This document shows, piece after piece, positions 48,324 through 51,602 of a stretch of 51,602 nucleotides of DNA (the first letter of the stretch is position 1; each line of letters begins with the position of its first letter). Position numbers and translations under genes: made by a program. This stretch comes from an uncultured Hyphomicrobiales bacterium (lineage in GTDB: Bacteria > Bacteroidota > Ignavibacteria > Kapaibacteriales > UBA2268). The notes below the pieces were generated by a model, which saw only the letters and a list, made by a program, of their open reading frames with translations, was not told the origin of the DNA and ran no database searches. The stretch is from contig CAZOBD010000005.1 in assembly GCA_964577665.1 (NCBI GenBank), positions 493 through 52,094 on the forward strand. The letters run 5' to 3'.

Positions 48324-49571
48324 TTAAATCTTATCCAAAATATCATCAATTATGATTTGGTTGCGTGTAAGGTCGTCGAGGGTCTCTCTTTTGCGGATTA
48401 AATGGGCTTCGCCGTTCATTATGAGGACTTCGGCGGGACGGAAACGGGAGTTATAGTTGGAACTCATGGCGTAGCAGTAGGCTCCGGCGTTGTAAAAAGC
48501 GAGGATGTCGCCTTCGGAGATTTCGCTGATTTTTCTATTGTAGCCGAAGGTGTCCGTTTCGCAGATGTAGCCGACTACGGAGTAAATGCGGGGGGATACG
48601 CCGGGCTTGGAGACGTTTTCGATGCGGTGCCAGGCGTCGTAAAACATGGGGCGTATGAGATGATTCATGCCGGAATCGACTCCGGCGAAGATTGTGGAAG
48701 TTGTTTGTTTGATTACGTTTACTTCGGCGAGGAAATATCCGGCTTCGCTGACGAGGAATTTGCCCGGTTCGAACATTAATGTGAGTTCGGAGCCGTATTC
48801 GCGGCAAAATTCGGAGAATCTTTTTGATATTTTGGCGCCGAATTCTTCTATATCGGTTTCGATGTCGCCTTCTTTGTAGGCTACTTTGAATCCGCTGCCG
48901 AAGTCGATGTATTCTAAGCCTTTGAAATCCTTTGCAACTTCGAGCAGGAGCTCTGCGCCGCGGAGGAATGTTTCTACGTCGAGGATGTCGGAGCCTGTAT
49001 GCATGTGCAAGCCCTGTACGTTGATGTTGTAGGCATCTACGATGCGCTTCAGGAGCGGTGTTTGGTGGATGCTGATGCCGAATTTGGAGTCGATGTGGCC
49101 TACGGAGATTTTTTCGTTGCCTCCTGCCATGATGTGGGGGTTTATTCTGACGCAGACGGGGACTTCGCCGCCGTAGATGCTGCCGAAGCGGTCGAGTATG
49201 GAGAGGTTATCGATGTTTATTTTGACGCCGGCGGTGACTGCCATGCGGTATTCGTCGATGCTGACGCAGTTGGGGGTGTAGATTATGTCTTCGGGGCGGA
49301 ATCCGGCGTCTAAGGCGAGCTGTACTTCCTGTACGGAGACGGTGTCGAGGCCTGCGCCGAGGTTTCTGAAGAGTTTAAGGATGTTTAAATTGGTGTTGGC
49401 TTTGCAGGCGTAGTTTATTTTGAGTTTTTTGTAGGTTACGGCGGCTTCCATTTGGCGGAAGCGGGCGTTCATTTTGTGTGCGTCGTAGATGTAAAGCGGT
49501 GTGCCGAATTTTTGGCATATTTCAAGGACATCGACGCCTGAGATAACATATCGGTTGTTTGATAATTCCAT
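48324..49571 (-). CDS. lysA: Diaminopimelate decarboxylase
   Basis: GTPLYIYD, YACKAN (PLP Lys), SKFGI, HMHTGS, EPGKFLV, GYICETD, AGAYCYAMSSNYNSR. Confidence 0.96.
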   Translation of the reverse strand: MELSNNRYVISGVDVLEICQKFGTPLYIYDAHKMNARFRQMEAAVTYKKLKINYACKANTNLNILKLFRNLGAGLDTVSVQEVQLALDAGFRPEDIIYTPNCVSIDEYRMAVTAGVKINIDNLSILDRFGSIYGGEVPVCVRINPHIMAGGNEKISVGHIDSKFGISIHQTPLLKRIVDAYNINVQGLHMHTGSDILDVETFLRGAELLLEVAKDFKGLEYIDFGSGFKVAYKEGDIETDIEEFGAKISKRFSEFCREYGSELTLMFEPGKFLVSEAGYFLAEVNVIKQTTSTIFAGVDSGMNHLIRPMFYDAWHRIENVSKPGVSPRIYSVVGYICETDTFGYNRKISEISEGDILAFYNAGAYCYAMSSNYNSRFRPAEVLIMNGEAHLIRKRETLDDLTRNQIIIDDILDKI

Positions 49572-49591
49572 AATTTGCTTTGTTTATTTAG

Positions 49592-49651
49592 TTTTGAGTT
49601 CAATTTAAAAAGGTAATATAAAAATAATTTGATAATTTAAAAAAGCAAAAA
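49592..49651 (-). promoter_or_regulatory. ~60-bp upstream element shared with the TraB/GumN upstream region (copy 2)
   Basis: Near-identical to 19804-19863; lies ~20 bp upstream of the lysA ATG. Confidence 0.55.
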
Positions 49652-49754
49652 TATTTTTTATTTATTAAAAGGAATATTGAAGAGAAACGTAATGATCTGG
49701 CAGATTTTTACAAAAAAATTAAATCCGACTATATAATCAGTTAATCTTGAATCC

Positions 49755-49910
49755 ATGACTGTTGAAGAAGCAATAATGGATCTCGAAACTTCGATTGATA
49801 AAAATGAAATGCTTTGGATCGGTGATAAAAATCTTATCAAAGGACTTAAAAATTTGTCATGGCAAAAAGTTATCTCAACAAAAGAATTTCAAATTTTACG
49901 GGGCTATTAA
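49755..49910 (+). pseudogene. Remnant whose 3' part resembles a PIN-domain toxin C-terminus
   Basis: ...MLWIGDKNLIKGLKNLSWQKVISTKEF*, similar to the LWTGDKKL motif. The N-terminal catalytic part is absent. Confidence 0.5.
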
Positions 49911-50043
49911 AAAAAAGTTTCGATGAGATTTTCCACAGCGTCATATTTATTAATAAAGTTTACTTGCAAATAAAAAAAACATTGTACATTGCATTATTGA
50001 AAATTGATTGAAAATTGCTAAATTGAAAATTGGAAATTCGTAG

Positions 50044-50136
50044 AGTGTCGATGCGTTCTTTGAAATATTTCCGGCACACACGCCGTATCACTATGACTAC
50101 AACTCGCCGCCGGTGTGGAAGGATTCGAGCGGGTTG
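50044..50136 (+). pseudogene. Rhs repeat-associated core C-terminal fragment (copy 1)
   Basis: SVDAFFEIFPAHTPYHYDYNSPPVWKDSSGL matches a degenerate PxxxxDPxG end of the Rhs core. Confidence 0.8.
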
Positions 50137-50216
50137 TTGACATTAAATTTTTAGGCTAAAAATAAAATATCTGATTTTTCTATAAGTCTTAAATCAAAAA
50201 ATTTAATGGAGATAAA

Positions 50217-50465
50217 ATGCCGGAAATAGCAAGATTTTACGGTTTGGTCATAAAAATGTTTTTCAGCGATCATAACCCTCCCCATTTTCACGCAGTTTAT
50301 GGTGAAAAAGTCGGTTTATTCGATATTCAAAGTCTTGACATGATTGAAGGTGACTTGCCTAACAGAGCTGTAAATTTAGTAAGGGAATGGGCAGAAATTT
50401 ATCAGAATGAATTGATTAATATTTGGAATACTCAAAAATTTGTAAAATTACCGGGATTGAAATAA
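50217..50465 (+). CDS. DUF4160 family protein (putative TA toxin)
   Basis: MPEIARFYGLVIKMFFSDHNPPHFHAVYGE...LVREW. Confidence 0.88.
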   Translation: MPEIARFYGLVIKMFFSDHNPPHFHAVYGEKVGLFDIQSLDMIEGDLPNRAVNLVREWAEIYQNELINIWNTQKFVKLPGLK

Positions 50466-50716
50466 TGAAATCTTTTCCAAAAATATTAAATGCCGAAACT
50501 GTAAATAATTTACAGATGGAGATACTTTTCAGTGACTATTCGAAAAAGATCTATGATTTCAATAAAATTTCAGAAAGGCCCCCTTTTAATCGTTTAAAAA
50601 ACAAGAGTTATTTTAATAATTTTAAAATTTCCGAAGGCGGATACGGTATAGAATGGGATGAAGAAACCGACATTGCTGAGTCTGAGTTGTGGTTGAACGG
50701 CATAGATATAAATTAA
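50465..50716 (+). CDS. DUF2442 family protein (putative TA partner)
   Basis: TAATG coupling to DUF4160; FSD...YDF...GGYGIEWDEETDIAESELW. Confidence 0.85.
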   Translation: MKSFPKILNAETVNNLQMEILFSDYSKKIYDFNKISERPPFNRLKNKSYFNNFKISEGGYGIEWDEETDIAESELWLNGIDIN

Positions 50717-50730
50717 ATTTTTAAAAGAAA

Positions 50731-50877
50731 CCGGACATTGAAGGGCGTTACTGCCACTTCGGCGCCCGGCAGTACGACCCGCAGATGGGCAGGTTTTTAA
50801 GTGTCGATGCGTTCTTTGAAATTTTCCCGAATCAGACTCCGTACCACTATGCTTATAACTCGCCGCTTGTGTGGAAA
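50731..50877 (+). pseudogene. Rhs repeat-associated core C-terminal fragment (copy 2)
   Basis: PDIEGRYCHFGARQYDPQMGRFLSVDAFFEIFPNQTPYHYAYNSPLVWK is truncated just before DPxG. It forms a direct repeat with 50044-50120. Confidence 0.85.
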
Positions 50878-50943
50878 GTTTTTTTATTTTTTAATCAAAA
50901 TTATTTTATTAAATTGGTTAATTGTTTATAAATTGAGGATAAA

Positions 50944-51144
50944 ATGGAATCTTACATATTAACAGGTAATCAGCCCTTGCAGCTTGAGTACGGAGTATTA
51001 AAAAAAGCAGGATTCAAACCCGGTCAGAAATTGCAAGTGATTTTGGGGAAAGGAAGGATTGAAATATTGCCTTATCAAAAATCACTAAAAGGATTCTTAA
51101 AAGGGATTGACACGGAGATAAAAAGAGAAAAGGACAGGTTATGA
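50944..51144 (+). CDS. AbrB/MazE-like antitoxin (VapB)
   Basis: 66 aa, GFKPGQKLQV...GRIEILP...LKGFLKGID; ATGA overlap with vapC. Confidence 0.75.
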   Translation: MESYILTGNQPLQLEYGVLKKAGFKPGQKLQVILGKGRIEILPYQKSLKGFLKGIDTEIKREKDRL

Positions 51145-51518
51145 ATTTGCTGGACTCTTCAGGTTGGTTGGAATACTTCGCTGGTTCTGAAAATGCCGAT
51201 AATTTTAGTGCTATTGCTGAAGATTTTTCAAATTTAATTGTGCCGGTAATCTGCGTTTATGAAGTTTTTAAGAAAATCTCTAAAGAAAGAAATGAAAAAG
51301 CAGCACGGACGGCGGTTAACTTTATGATGAACGGAACAGTTATAGATATAGATAATATGACCGCTGTTCAGGCAGCTAAGCTTAGCGCCAAGCATAAGCT
51401 GCCAATGGCCGACAGTATGATTTACGCAATAGCACTAAAACATAATGCAGTTTTATTTACACAAGATATAGATTTTCAAGGACTTGACGGCGTTAAGTAC
51501 TTTGCAAAAAATAAATAG
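51141..51518 (+). CDS. vapC: VapC PIN-domain toxin
   Basis: LLDSSGWLEYF, VYEVFK, LPMADSMIYA, TQDIDF (acidic PIN residues). Confidence 0.9.
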   Translation: MNLLDSSGWLEYFAGSENADNFSAIAEDFSNLIVPVICVYEVFKKISKERNEKAARTAVNFMMNGTVIDIDNMTAVQAAKLSAKHKLPMADSMIYAIALKHNAVLFTQDIDFQGLDGVKYFAKNK

Positions 51519-51576
51519 TTAAATAATAATATACAACTTCATAGGCAGGGAGCGGGGTAATTAATTAAGAATTTAA

Positions 51577-51602
51577 AATTAATAATTAATAATTAATAAT
51601 TA
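51577..51602. repeat. 7-bp tandem repeat (AATTAAT)n running off the window end
   Basis: Same cyclic heptamer as the reverse complement of 22126-22174. Confidence 0.8.

Noticed and set aside
48278..48349. N-terminal extension of the 127-aa MNT ORF
   Set aside because: It overlaps lysA and the HEPN remnant. The paralog at 9796-10113 aligns from MVTQ onward.
50044..50877. Diversity-generating retroelement TR/VR pair (also considered for the lysA duplicate)
   Set aside because: The mismatches are not confined to adenines of one copy, and no reverse transcriptase is present.

Overview
AT-rich bacterial chromosomal segment. It is probably FCB group (Ignavibacteria/Kapabacteria-like), inferred from gene content and TAnnTTTG/TAnnTTGC-type promoter words. 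About 45 kb is housekeeping, signalling and metabolism: three large orphan PAS histidine kinases, tryptophanase, ilvE, an HEXXH-type DPP III lipoprotein, a stand-alone nuoD, an archaeal-type HMG-CoA synthase/thiolase/DUF35 operon, a single-chain Type IIG/ISP-like R-M enzyme, a P-type ATPase, a PD40/OmpA protein, nupC, glmS, comEC, a PHP protein, DUF368, acyl-CoA dehydrogenase, an enoyl-ACP reductase-like SDR, yihY and cobA/hemD. Intergenic spaces carry at least five different palindromic REP-like families, 7-bp tandem runs and a ~620-bp degenerate 21-bp-period array with an inverted arm. The last 6 kb (45.3-51.6 kb) is a cassette hotspot around lysA. It holds a HUH (Y1) TnpA gene bracketed by inverted arrays of 28-bp GTAG-tagged hairpins, several intact or decayed toxin-antitoxin modules, a diverged duplicate of the lysA 3' end, and two Rhs-core fragments that each precede a TA pair. 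The two housekeeping genes facing this hotspot show strong, mirror-image third-codon-position skew. No rRNA, tRNA or CRISPR array was recognised. All calls are by eye from motifs; no database searches were run.
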